A DNA stretch of 64,000 nt from positions 23,188,001-23,252,000 of the forward strand of contig NC_087449.1 of assembly GCF_036321535.1 (NCBI RefSeq), given 5' to 3'. The DNA comes from Camelus dromedarius (taxonomy: Eukaryota). Below, in pieces: positions 13,511 to 25,474 of this stretch. Under the pieces are notes generated by a model. The model saw only the letters and a program-made list of their open reading frames with translations. It was not told where the DNA came from and ran no database searches. The translations under genes and the position numbers were made by a program. Positions within the stretch are counted from its first letter, which is position 1, and each line of letters begins with the position of its first letter.

Positions 13511-14155
13511 TTAGGCTTCTGCTCTTTGGCATTCTGCTCATTTACTTATCGGATGGTTCTTAAGAAACCTCTCTTGATGGCAAGGGATGTTAGGGCTCTC
13601 TGGGGCCTCACCACCTTGTGGTCACAGAGCGTAACTGCAGGAGAGTACCTGCACCTCTAGAAACTGGTTTTGCTGTGGACTTTTTGACCAGATTTTCCAG
13701 TTCAGCATTTGCCTTTAAGTCTTTTGGAATTTACTTCACTAGGGGAAAATTTCTCTATTTTATAAAGAAAAAATGTTGCTTAATATACATGGGCTTAAAG
13801 TTTCTAATGAGATGGTAACTAAAACATACATTCACAAGGAACAAATACATACTGGCAGTTTTTAACTTAAAAATAAGCCAGTAGATGATTTCACAGAACA
13901 TGATACTTTCAAGAGAAATAATGGCCAGAGTGGAACAGTTAATAGCCGAGTGCTGAAAAACAATCATTCTGTGTGGTGTTAGAATACTGACCAAAATGAC
14001 GGTACTTTTCAAAAGCCATTCTTATTTTGAGTTTTAAGATATAAGAATTAAAACTGGATTCCTTTAAAATACAAAACTCTGTCGGCCACATGAAATATCT
14101 CTAATTAAAAATGCAACCCAAAGTCTCCAAGTTTAGCTTGGTAACATTCAGTTTT

Positions 14156-14326
14156 TTGGGTTTTTTTTAGTTTCTTTTTTCTTTTTAAAAAAATTTTGTC
14201 AGGGGAATAAGGTAACTAGGTGTATTGATTTACTTATTTTTTTAATGGAAGTACTGTGGATTGAACCCAGGACCTCATGCATGCCAAGCATGCACTCTAC
14301 CACTGAGCTATACCCTCCCCTCCAAC
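14156..14326 (-). mobile_element. tRNA-Ala-derived SINE (camelid Vic-1-like) with perfect 13-bp TSD
   Basis: Same head reversed at about 14245-14320; TSD aacattcagtttt at 14143-14155 and 14327-14339; TT/AAAA L1-endonuclease site on the minus strand. Confidence 0.9.
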
Positions 14327-15481
14327 AACATTCAGTTTTAATTCTAGGAATTTCACCCCTCTGAACTACACTGTGAAAGTCTAGTTAGTCTGTTCAGGTA
14401 CTTACATATTTACATATTTTATTCTTTTGAGGTTTTCTTTTGTGTCAGACCCAAGGACTCATGTGGAAATGTGCTCACTGGGTGCCAAAGAACCATGGTG
14501 CCACCAGTTCAAGGGCCAGCACCAATGCCTACCCCCTCCCCCGAGGGTCTTCCATGCTTTTCTTGCAGATAAAAGTGAACTATCTCTCCGTCTTCTTCTT
14601 TCTTCCACTTCTTTAAGGAAGCTGTTGTTTTCAGCTGTTTATCAGTCTTGTGACTACATGCATTCATTTATAGTTTTCTGCTGGACTGACAATTCCTTAA
14701 GGGCAGAGCGGGGATGGGGTGAGGAGGTCAGCCCTGAGTTCACGCCTGCCATAATTATCTCACTGAATCCTCACAACCACTTTACCAGGGAGGAGTTTCT
14801 AATCCCACTTTAATTATTAAGGAACTGAAGTCCAAGTCGCTTCATTAAGGTCTCCCAACTCGGAAAGGAGGAGGGAGGTGGGATTCCAAGTGAGCTCTTC
14901 TGTGTCACACTGCCTGGCAAAAATAAGCGCCCCCACCTTCCCCAACTCCGCCTGCCGTGCCAAGCAAACAGCAGACGCGCAACATGTCCACCAAAGACGA
15001 GAACACATGCATGAGCAAGTCCCGTGCCACAAAACCACAAGATCAGATTTCTGTGTTTTAACGCATACCTATCGCTTACCCTCTGGGTATCACAGGGACA
15101 TTAACTTGATGCCACCACTTTTGGTGACCCACCATACAGGTTCAGGGATATGACAACATGCGGTTAAATGCTGTGTGTTTTGCGGTGCAGTTGGAATTAC
15201 GTGGAATGTCACCGTCTTTCACTTCTTTTGGTGTTGCATTCTGCCTGTGTGGGAAACTATTTTTCATTCCTTGGGGATAACAGGGATCCAATTATTGTGA
15301 AAAATGAAAGCAAGCAAGCCCTTAGCTAGACTCCTTGGCTTTCAGATCCTGACACCACACTATTCCTTTTGTCTCAGCTGTTGCTTCATATGCCATTTTA
15401 CTAAGACAATGGGAGAGGCTAATGGAACATTGGAGATGTCACTCAGAATTCCAATTTTGTACCGAAGCCATTTCCATCAGG

Positions 15482-15509
15482 GGAGAGAGAGAGAGAGAGA
15501 GAGAGAGAG
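15482..15509 (+). repeat. (GA)n microsatellite
   Basis: Uninterrupted GA run. Confidence 0.9.
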
Positions 15510-16660
15510 GGAAAGGACTCAGTATTTCTGCTGAATAAGGAATTATTTCTGTTGAACTTTAGTAGCCTCAAACCTGTTTTATTATTCAAAGGAGAGGAGG
15601 CACAGAACTGCCTGGCAGAATGAATTTATGCAGGTTCAAAGGTTTTTCTGGAAAAAAGGCAGCAAGTCAAAGGAACTGAGAAATTTAAGTCCTGCTTTGA
15701 CTCTCCATAGAAACCTGAAGTTTCTATTTACTTGATGCAAAACAATGTCACTCAGAGCCCAGATTAAGAGTCTCCAATTTATAAACCAGAGCTCTGGCGT
15801 CTCCTGTTTCCCAAACGGAGCTTGAATGCCTGGCCGCTGTGTAGAAGGCGACATTGGTTGCTTTGACGAGTACCCACTCCTGTATTTTTTAGCACAGGTG
15901 TGGGAGCCCACTGCTTGAAGACATTTTTCCCCCCCAGGGTAGATGTGGAGAGAGCAGAATAAAAAAAAGCATAAATGCATTATTCATGCTGTTAAAAAAG
16001 ACCTGATTCTGGGAAGAAAAGGAAGATTTCTGGAAAATTAAATAGCTATATGAAAAACAGAAAAGATTTGACCATTACAGGCAAGGATCTACACGCCTGT
16101 TGTATCTGTGTGGAATGGTGGCGGGGATGCCTGAAGAGCAGGACACATCTGCTGGTCTCCGAGTCGACAAGCTGCGCAGACGCTGGGAAGGTGAGAAGGC
16201 ACGTGGTGGCCACGCCTTTGGTACAGCACGTGGACTTGACAATGGCCGGCTCACCGAGCACTCAGTGTCTCTTCACAGCTCAGCCCTGGCCCTTCCTGAG
16301 CAGCTTCCAGGCACTTCACACACCTCCATGACTCTGTACACACTAGTCCCTTTACCTCTAATACCCTTTGCCCCTCACTTCCCTTCAGTCATCCTGGAGG
16401 GCCCAGGGTAAGTGTCGTCTCTTTGGTGAAGCCTTCCCTGAGGCTCCAGGCCAGGCAGGAGGTCAGGGCAGGGGTGCCAGATGACAGCGCAGACTCTTGC
16501 CAGGCCCCGAGAGTCCGTGGCTGAGAGAGCCCTTGATGATGCTGGTGTTTGCCAGCCAGCACCACTGGGCAGTAGGACTTATGAGGATGCCAGTTCACTG
16601 AGAACCAATCAGGGCAGTAGGCAGGTTCCGTTACACAATCTGCATCCTTATTCAGGGAGA

Positions 16661-16676
16661 AACCCCAGGGGGCGCT
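16661..16676 (+). promoter_or_regulatory. Candidate CTCF site in the last intron
   Basis: aaccccagggggcgct has the CCAGGGGGCGC core of CCASYAGRKGGCRS; motif match only. Confidence 0.35.
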
Positions 16677-16908
16677 CTGGGTGCCCAGAGGTCATCTCAC
16701 ATATGCCTGGGAGTACAGAGCCATAAGCAAAACTCCCTTGTGGCTCTTAAAAAAGTGTCATGTTGGGATGTGTCTTTTTGGAAAAGTATGTCAACATCAT
16801 TGACTTGAGCACCAAACAGGCAGGATAGAGAAGGGTGGGTGTGGGCACCACCCCATGGGGGTGGCACCAGGGCCCTCAGGCCCACACGCGCAGGGAGCTA
16901 GGCCTTAC

Positions 16909-17010
16909 CATGATCGCTTTCTGTTCCCGAGCGGCCCCAGTAGCGACGCCTCCTCTCTGGACTGTGTGCGTGCCGCTCGATGACTGCGGCTATGAATCGA
17001 GTGTTGCTGA
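16909..17010 (-). CDS. CACHD1: CACHD1 exon 26: (I)SNTRFIAAVIERHAHSPERRRRYWGRSGTESDH(G)
   Basis: ccacag| acceptor, G|gtaagg donor, 102 nt. Confidence 0.95.
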
Positions 17011-17214
17011 CTGTGGGGAGGCAAGGATGGTGAGTCACTCCTCTGCCAGTGTCTTTACTGCATCAAGTGTGTTTGCTGTGGGCAGCCTCATTCACATGGT
17101 GGGGGAGTTACTTCTAGGGGAGCTAGAGTGAGTCATTTAAAAAAAAATTCTGAGGATCTAGGGGAGTGGGTTCTAGCGCTGGGGCAGCAAGAGGTCCCTA
17201 ATTACAAATCTCCA

Positions 17215-17295
17215 ACATGCATCAAGACTATATATACTCTCGCCCACCAGAAATGAACACAACGTTGTACATCAACTATATTTCAATTAAAAAAG
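17215..17295 (+). mobile_element. Short 5'-truncated L1 3' end
   Basis: ccagaaatgaacacaacgttgtacatcaactatatttcaattaaaaaa. Confidence 0.6.
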
Positions 17296-17716
17296 CATAT
17301 ATACTGTACGTAGTATCTTAACACAAAGGGAACTCTCTTTTCATACAGAAATGCTCTTTTTTTTCCCCCGAGTTGTATATACTATTTAAGGGATTAAAAA
17401 AAAAAAAAAACGCATACCTGATGGCTCCCTTCCTAAATTACTGTGCTAGGAAGTGACAGGGAGGAAGGGTAAGATGTGAGGTGCTTTAGGTCAAAGCATT
17501 TGATGCGACAAAGAACATCACGAAATCTTTTGAGGTTTTCTAAAACAAAGCAAATTCCTATACGTATTCCTCATGAAAACGGGGGACTGAGGGAAGAACC
17601 CCATCCTGTCAAAGCATCTTAAATTTTCATACAAGCCAAAGGATCTAAGAGGGAATATTTACTCTGGATCATCCTCCCGCTGACACCGCCGGCGACGGGG
17701 CCACCTGAGTACTCAC

Positions 17717-17794
17717 TGATGCCTCTGTCCTCGTGGCTGTCGTCGTCCCTTTCATCTCGGTCGTTCTCCAGGTTGGACATACGCACTGACATTT
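17717..17794 (-). CDS. CACHD1: CACHD1 exon 25: (E)MSVRMSNLENDRDERDDDSHEDRGI(I)
   Basis: gggtag| acceptor, A|gtgagt donor, 78 nt. Confidence 0.94.
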
Positions 17795-19045
17795 CTACCC
17801 ATCATTAGAAAGAGAGAAACATGACTATTTAATCAAACAAAACCACCCCCTTTAATACCCTGCAGAGTGCTCGTTTGATGGCTGGGTGACAGCATTCCAT
17901 CAAGAATGAACTGATGCCCCGTCTAATTTTTTTCTTTCTTTTTCTTTTTTTTAGAGGAGGAGGGAGCAGGGGTCAGAAGAGGAAGGACAAGAGGTGAATC
18001 ATCAAGAGGGGCCCTGAGGTTGACTTCTCAAGACAGGAAAAAAGAAGTTGACTGAGGCCAACAGATCTCCCATCCTCTCCTGAAGTAGCGGAAACAGGAG
18101 GAAGGGGTCTAAAGCCATGGCTGACAGTGCTGGGAAAATGGACTTGCAGGGTCCTGTATAAGACCAGGCCCTAAGGTAACACTGGAGGGCAGTCATCCTT
18201 ATCCTCTAACCAGATCTCACCCAGAGGAAAGGGGGTTTGTGGTCAGCTCTGTTACTAAATCAGACAACGTGACCCCGTGGTCCCCTGAGGACTGTAACCA
18301 CCGTGAAACATTCCAACATCAACTTATCATGCCTGCTGCCAGGCCCCGAAAACGTCCAGGAAAAATGATGAGTGAGCCTTATCTCCGTAAAGGTCAGGGT
18401 AACACCCCTGGGGGCTTTTAGAGAGGACGAGGATGGTCATTAAATGGTTTTGTCTCTTGCAAACGAGCACAGATACCACATTTAACTCTTGGTATGGAAG
18501 CCATGACTACCAATTCATCATTCTGTGTCTGACTTCAGGCACTTATCCTGTTTTCAGAGAAGTGATCGTTCCTTTGAGTGTGTGTTCATTCACTCTGTAT
18601 AGTAACAGCTGCGGTAAAAACACAGAGTCTGTTCTTACCAGTAGTGACCTGGGGTATCTCTGCTCTGCCTGTCTTTTGGGGAAAGCAAAGGTAGTGTTTC
18701 TGAGCTTAGCGAAGAACAAAATTCCCCACTCCCCTGACCGGCTTACTCCAGAGGCAGGCTGTGGTGGGCTAAAGCTGCATAAGGAGAGACAGGATGTAGG
18801 GGTTTTCTGGGGGCTCAGCCCCAGGCTTGCAGGGTTAGGCCCTGAAGAGCGAGCTGTGAGCGGTGAGCTGAAGGAGGAGAGTGGGCTGTGAGCACTCCCA
18901 AACCTCCCCCAGGGAAGCAGAAAACGCAGCGCTGTTCTGACTGTCGCTTAAAGGCTAACAACTGGTCTCTGTCCTCCTAGCCCGGGAACAACCCGAGGAA
19001 GCCTGCCGCCTCCTGGAGGGGCCCCGGGATCCACTCTGAGCTCAC

Positions 19046-19207
19046 CTTGGGCAGCAAGAGGAGACATGTGCTGGTGACTCCGGCGGTGAATCTGGTGGCG
19101 GTAGGCGTACACAGCCAGGACCAGGACCATGATGCAGCCCATGATGCCTCCGGCCACGGGACCCACAGGGGCGCTTTTAATCATGTTCAGCGTCACCACC
19201 TCATCAC
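19046..19207 (-). CDS. CACHD1: CACHD1 exon 24, transmembrane exon: (G)DEVVTLNMIKSAPVGPVAGGIMGCIMVLVLAVYAYRHQIHRRSHQHMSPLAAQ(E)
   Basis: acaaag| acceptor, G|gtgagc donor, 162 nt; hydrophobic stretch followed by basic stop-transfer residues; ORF 18948..19322. Confidence 0.96.
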
Positions 19208-20518
19208 CTTTGTTAAAGTCAACAAACACACGTCCCTGGTAAAGACTTCCTGAGTGTGGTGGGAGGTGGGGCCTGGGGCGAGACGGGAAGGAATCCAGTG
19301 GGGAGGGCTCTAGTGAAGACACATAAGAGCAGCTGCCTGAAGCTTTGAATTCCTCGAAGAGGACCCATCAGGACGTGGGAATAGTGGCTTTCTTTAATTC
19401 CTAGTTCTCAAATGAAATGTTGGTTGCTTGGCAGAGCGAGAACATGACTGGCAAGGGCTGGTAAAATAAGCGAGTGGGCGAGAAGCACATAAACACGCAG
19501 GGCCCGGTCTAGGAGCCCGGCTGCGGCGTGTGGGCTACTCAGTGCAGAGGTGAGGGCCCTGGGGGCCTCTCTGCACACAGCTACTGTACCTGGTGCCATT
19601 TATTCCAGTCGATCAGTCACATGACCTCCCCGAAGGACCACCTTTCAAAGCTTATGCATTCCCTTTAAAATGCTTTTTGTGCTTTTCAGATCAGACACTG
19701 CAGGTGGGCGTATAAAGTGACTTCTTAGAGCAAGGTCCCCTCGACCCTGTCCTGACCTGGGCCAGGAGTCCTATGTGAGCTCAGAACCCTTCCTCACATA
19801 GGAAGAGCTTTTCTTCTACAGGCAGGCTAACGTGGGGAGATGTTAAAAATCAAGGCACTAACTAAAGGTTTAAATGTCTTATCCACCTGCCAACTAAGCT
19901 TTAGGCGCTTGTGCTAACTCCAGAAGGACACTGAGAAAACCTCAGGGGAGGTAATGCAGGTAGCAGTTTTGAGGTCTTGGGGCCTGATCCCAGTGGTGTT
20001 TCTTCCAGCAGTGACCCCTGTTAGCAACCCTCCCCATTCTCGGCTGCCCCGCTGCACTGGATAGCACTGACTTCTGTTGACCCCAAGGCTGTAAATAAGG
20101 ATTTGCAGCCATAAGGCTTCTGCTTTCAAAAGTGGCGAGGGAAGGCAGCAGCAGTCAACTGGTGTGCGGTGGTCACTCCGCCCGTCACCGCCTCTGCGCT
20201 TCTGACAGCTGGGATTCACATTCAAACAAACGGCACAGTTCAGCCGTGCGGAAATCAGGCCTGATAGTTCTCAGAACAAGCTTTATGGGAATGAATTCCA
20301 GGCCTGCAAAATTTGGCAGGAAAGATGGCTGCTCACTCTGCACAGACGATCTAGCCAGCTTTGAAAGTAATTATCTGGCTTGGTTTGGTGACGAAAAACT
20401 CCTGGCCAAGGAATCAGGAAAGTAGGGGAGAGAATCTTTTTGAGATTTTTGTCCTAGTATTGAAGCAAGAAGAAATGTATTCAGGGATCAAATTATTCTG
20501 GGTTCCCAACGAACATAC

Positions 20519-20670
20519 CTATCGCTCCCATGTCATCAACATAGGGGCTTTTGGCTCCGACAATGCCCCCGAAGCATTCTTTCTGGGGTGCACAGTACGA
20601 TTTGTCCAGGTGCGTCTTGCCATCGCTGTCCACCATGCACCATTCACAATCCAGCACACCAAAGCAGTCC
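20519..20670 (-). CDS. CACHD1: CACHD1 exon 23: (G)DCFGVLDCEWCMVDSDGK...PYVDDMGAI(G)
   Basis: tggcag| acceptor, G|gtatgt donor, 152 nt; ORF 20493..20735. Confidence 0.96.
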
Positions 20671-21570
20671 CTGCCAGAAAGACGATGCTGAAGGTTCCAG
20701 AAAGCGGTGTCAGGCAGGGGAGAGGACGTGGACATGGGCCTCAGACAGCCCCCAGGAGGTTCCGAGACTCACTAGTGCTCTAACTCCTTGAGCTTTAGTT
20801 CCTTTCCTTATAAAAGGAGAAGAGCAAGTGTCTGCCAGGGGAGAGCTGTCTTATGTCCCTCAACACCCTGGAGATGAGAGAAATGCAACTGCTCTCTGTG
20901 AATCCCACCATGAAATCCACAGGTCAAGGAGTAGTGCAGGATTACTCAAAATCATCTTAAAAGAACAAATGGCCCCAGGTTTGTTAGACTTTGGCCCAAT
21001 ATTCCCCAGGTTACTGTCATTAAAAGGAAAAAAAAAAAAAAAGAGGCAAGGCAGGAAGGAAAAATTGATCAAACAAGTTTGGGAAATACTGGGTAAGATA
21101 AACAGATGTCCTTGCTAGCAACTTCTTAGAACTTTTGACACGTTACGTGCATTATGACACTCTGAGGGAATAGATGCAGTGTTTCTCAAGCTTAATTGGC
21201 TTTGGGTAACTGCATAACATATCAAATTAATCTTCCTGATGCCCTACCATTCCTTTGATGAAATGTATCACTGGAAGTAGAACTGGCTGCTGCCCCCTTT
21301 ACCCGCTGACTATTTAATCAAATGTCAACCTGCAGCTGCCTAGTCCCAAATGCCTTGCAGGGAGAAGGAGGGAGCAGGGCACACACAGTTTTTAGTTCTC
21401 AAAACCAGCGGAAGCACATCTGCTTTCTAAGAAAGAAGAGCTGATGAGCTTCAGTGTGTCACACACAGAGCTGGGTTCCATTTCTAGAACCCATGAGTTC
21501 CGGCTCCCTTGCCTTTGTCTCTTCATGCCACTTCTCTCTCACTCCTCTTATTTCAAGAGTAACTCTCCTG

Positions 21571-21727
21571 GGGGGAGGGTGCAGCTCAGTGGTAAAGTGC
21601 ATGCTTAGCATGCTGAAGGTCCTGGGTTCAATCAGTACCTCCTCTAAAAATAAATAAACCTAATTACCTCCCTCTGCCAAAGCAAAATAATTAAATACTA
21701 CAAAAACAAAAACAAAAACAAAAAACA
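21571..21727 (+). mobile_element. tRNA-Ala-derived SINE (camelid Vic-1-like)
   Basis: ggggagggtgcagctcagtggtaaagtgcatgcttagcatgctgaaggtcctgggttcaatc...agtacctcc, aaataaataaacctaattacctcc tail, then (caaaaa)n. Confidence 0.85.
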
Positions 21728-22001
21728 ACTTCCCCATCCACAGAGGACGCTACTAACATATGGTACTTGTACCAAGTAGCTGTAACAAGGGGAAACTGGA
21801 TGACATTAAGCGTGGTGGATAAAACACTTCTAAAAATCAGTTTTAGATCTGAAAAACTGGTAGATCTTTCTAAATCCTCAAGGATAGGAATGCTAAGTAA
21901 CAGTTGGAAAAGCCCCATGAGGCTGCTGGTCCCTCCTGTTTCCTAGGTTCTGCTCCCGCAGCTATGATACTGACGTGAACTCAGCACCGGGCACCGCTTA
22001 C

Positions 22002-22118
22002 CCACTCTCCATCCTTTGACTGCACCTGCTGTTGACGCACTGGTGAAGAGCATCCTGCAGGCCAGGGTCAATAGCTGTGTACGTCACCGGCTCCTGGTGG
22101 ACCTCACAGCTCGGGTTT
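22002..22118 (-). CDS. CACHD1: CACHD1 exon 22: (R)NPSCEVHQEPVTYTAIDPGLQDALHQCVNSRCSQRMES(G)
   Basis: gcatag| acceptor, GG|gtaagc donor, 117 nt. Confidence 0.95.
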
Positions 22119-22204
22119 CTATGCAGGAGCAAGTCTAGAGGTTAGGATCAATACCACCCACATTCCAAACTCACCATGCCCTTGACCCCTGACCATGTCA
22201 AATA

Positions 22205-22425
22205 GATGTGGGTTTGAACCCTAGCTTTGCTACTCAGCTATATGAAACTTTGGGCCAATTATTTAACTACTGGTCTTAAAATCTGTCACTAATATAGATA
22301 ATGCTATCTTATGTGTGATAATGTGTGTGAAAGGTTTCTACATGTTTATCAAAGGGTTAATTTGAAAACTGACTTATTGGGCATAAAGTATCTGACACAT
22401 GTTAGGCACTTAGTTAATGCCTGTA
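22205..22425 (+). mobile_element. MIR
   Basis: tgggtttgaaccctagctttgctact...tgggccaattatttaac...tctgacacatgttaggcact. Confidence 0.5.
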
Positions 22426-22672
22426 ACAGTCTCATATTTTTTGTTAAGTATCATGTATACTCTTAGCAATTTTGTAACATTTATATTTAAACCTGAAAGT
22501 GGATTTCATTCTAAGGCACTACAGAGTTTGAAAATTGGCTCACTGGAACAGTTCCATCATTAGAATGAATCACCTTCTTATATTCCCAACCCAAAACAAA
22601 TCTGTAAACAAGACTCCCAGTGTATTTCTACTGCCAGGGTAAATATGCATGTCCATATATATTTTTATTTAC

Positions 22673-22759
22673 CTGTTCTCTGCATTGGTGAGGTTGCCAG
22701 TGCACTCATTGACCTCTAGAGGGCACTCACAGGGGCATTCACATTCATTTTGTTCCATT
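22673..22759 (-). CDS. CACHD1: CACHD1 exon 21: (R)MEQNECECPCECPLEVNECTGNLTNAEN(R)
   Basis: tttcag| acceptor, AG|gtaaat donor, 87 nt. Confidence 0.95.
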
Positions 22760-23107
22760 CTGAAAAGCAAAAAGGAAGTTACTATGTAAAGGGCTGATAA
22801 CAAACTGTATGTTTTATACACACTGAGGGAAGCAAAATAAAGACACCATGAGCTAATTAAAAGGGACGGTAAAAGGAAGTTATCACCAAATGTTTAAATA
22901 CTCAGTTGACCTTAACCTATTGCTCTTTGGACAAGGATGCTGCAAACAACACAGCGTTAAGTGCTTCTGTAACCAGGACTTTCCTTTCCTCTAGGACACA
23001 CCTAAGAACTGTATGTTTATTTTGCAGATGACACTTCAAAATGACTGGCATCAGTTGAAATATTTAACGGTATGGTAAAATGAAAATACGACCCATCCCA
23101 TTTTTAC

Positions 23108-23268
23108 CGGTGACAGTTGAGACAGAGCCGGTCCACCATGCTGCAGGCACAGAAGGCAAGAGAGTCGCACGTTTCGTTGACGATGCCAACAAAAGCATTG
23201 GTTCCTGGGATCCTCGCCAGTCTGTATTTAGAGCAGTGACTGCCGTGCACAAGGTTCGTCAAATCCCC
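23108..23268 (-). CDS. CACHD1: CACHD1 exon 20: GDLTNLVHGSHCSKYRLARIPGTNAFVGIVNETCDSLAFCACSMVDRLCLNCH(R)
   Basis: ctgtag| acceptor, CG|gtaaaa donor, 161 nt. Confidence 0.95.
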
Positions 23269-24194
23269 CTACAGACAGCCGACGTGTCAGCAGTGACAGA
23301 AACAATGCAAAGCTTCAGCTCTCCTATCCTGAAAACACACCTTCAACCAACTGCGGAAAACAGCTTACCACAGAACGTTGTTTCTGATTACAATGGTAGT
23401 ATATAGTCTTTGTTAAAAATTTGGAAAACAGAAATTTTTCATAATTACCATCAGTCAGAGACAGTTCTCATTTAACAGTGTTAAGTGTATTATTCACGTT
23501 CTTTATCTACACTTATATAGATAACATTTTTATAGCTGTTTTTGTAATCTTTTAACACATAACAATATATTATAAAATGAAAATAATTTCAAGAAGCAAT
23601 GAAAGACAACTTTCAGGTAAGGATTAGTTTAAAATGTATTCAAGGGAAAACCTAATCAATCAGAAAACATGCACTCCCCCCTGCCCTCCCTTAGATAACA
23701 AACCTCTCTTTTTCTAGAATAACAAAATTATTTAGAAACCAAAGACTCTTTAAGAGGCCAGTCTCCTGCTTCGTGAATATTTAAACAATCCAATTAAAGC
23801 CAGTATCCTTCTCTTCATTCTGTAACAAGAAACTGTGATAGCCAGCTTCATGAAATGTCAGATGCATCTACAACATTAGAAAGCCAAAGATGCGAAAGCA
23901 GCATTGTAGAGTCGAGGATGGTCATTTTTTCTGCACGTGTTGTGTGCAGCAGGCCAATTACCGAACCCCATGTTTGTTTCCATGCCAGTCATGCCTCATG
24001 TGTGCATGGTGGGGATAAACCTAACTCAGAATCATGACACTGAATGGGTTCTCCGAGGTCTAGATGATTTCCCCACTGCCTAGAAGACGCCTACCTTTAC
24101 TATATGAGCAATAACATAGACTTACCCGCCTGTTAGCACCAATAACCAGGAATGCAACTTACTCCACTTGGGAATAACTTGGGCTGTTAAGAAT

Positions 24195-24325
24195 TTATTC
24201 TTTATCCAGTCACCTGTTGATGCACATTTAGGCTGCTTCCATGTCTTGGCTATTGTAAATAGTGCTGCTATGAACATTGGGGTGCAGGTGTCATTCTGAA
24301 GTAGGGTTCCTTCTGGATATATGCA
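24195..24325 (-). mobile_element. L1 3'-region fragment
   Basis: ttccatgtcttggctattgtaaatagtgctgctatgaacattggggtgcaggtgtc. Confidence 0.75.
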
Positions 24326-25357
24326 CAGTTACTAATTCATATTCCATTAAAATCCGCATTTCTAAAAAATTTCTACTGGAGTATCCCGGCCTGTCTGCTG
24401 AAGACTCAGGAAATCACTGCACAAGTGATAGGAGTACGGCAGACTTTCATATGACAGCCTTACTGGGCGGCCTCTGTCCGATCACATGCATGTTTGTCAG
24501 TGTCTCCTCTAAAGAAAGTGTTCCTCAGAACGGGTACGGGGCTTGAACAGAGTCTGATTTCCCCTGCTCTGAACACACTATCCTATTAATGTATTCATTT
24601 AAAAAACTCTTCCATTTCCTCAGACAATTGTTTTTGCAATTGCTTTTTCTGAGACTAAGTTAAGGATTTTCATTTAACCCAATACATCTTTCCGATTATT
24701 ATTAAAATGATACAAGTAATGATTTGTGAACACATTTACTTCTTGTGAATAACTTTTTGAATGTTGGTTCAGTCACTACCCATTTTAGTGCTCTCTCAGC
24801 TAGGATTATTTACAAATTAAAAAGAACATCCTTAAGATCTTTAACCATTTCTAGATAAATCTGCAGCACCTCAAGTCATAAGAGTATTCTAAGGCTAAAA
24901 AAAAATTATTTTTGGATGATCTGCGTAAGAGCTTTCATCTAACAGGGTGGATGACCAAGAACTAACCCAATTTGGCTTTAGGAATTTAAGGAGACTGATC
25001 TCTAAAAGACAGGAAGACAGGACCACATGGTGCCACATATATTTATACAAGAGTGTGGGAAGAGACTTCAGCAGACATTTCAAAGGGCTGAAATTGGGTG
25101 GGACTTTAAACAAACAAAACCAAAACAAAATACCAAGTGTGAGACCTTAAAACATTCGCGTCTCCACTGTGGTCTTTATGTCCCAGAACTGTCCAACTGC
25201 GGAGCAGGACTAAGGTCCTGGCAGGTCCTATCACCCTAATCCCCCTGGCAACGAAACAGCCAGGAGTAACTAACATTCAGACATAAATAAAGCATGATTC
25301 CACTGCACATCCCGCAGCAGGATGGAGGGAGAGGAGAGGATTGAGGAATCAACCTAC

Positions 25358-25474
25358 CACGAGGCTCGTGTTGAATTTATAAAATCTCTGCACCGTCCTG
25401 TCACTGAAGCTGTTGCACAAGTTCTTCTTCACAAAGTTGGGATGGTTCAGGATGTCATTGGCTACCAGGGGCTC
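25358..25474 (-). CDS. CACHD1: CACHD1 exon 19: [39 protein letters not shown]
   Basis: ttgtag| acceptor, GTG|gtaggt donor, 117 nt. Confidence 0.95.

Noticed and set aside
18948-19322. 124-aa ORF suggesting an upstream start before the TM exon (short membrane isoform)
   Set aside because: The extension is ordinary intron that happens to be open, with no promoter evidence. The alternative AG 28 nt upstream is out of frame.
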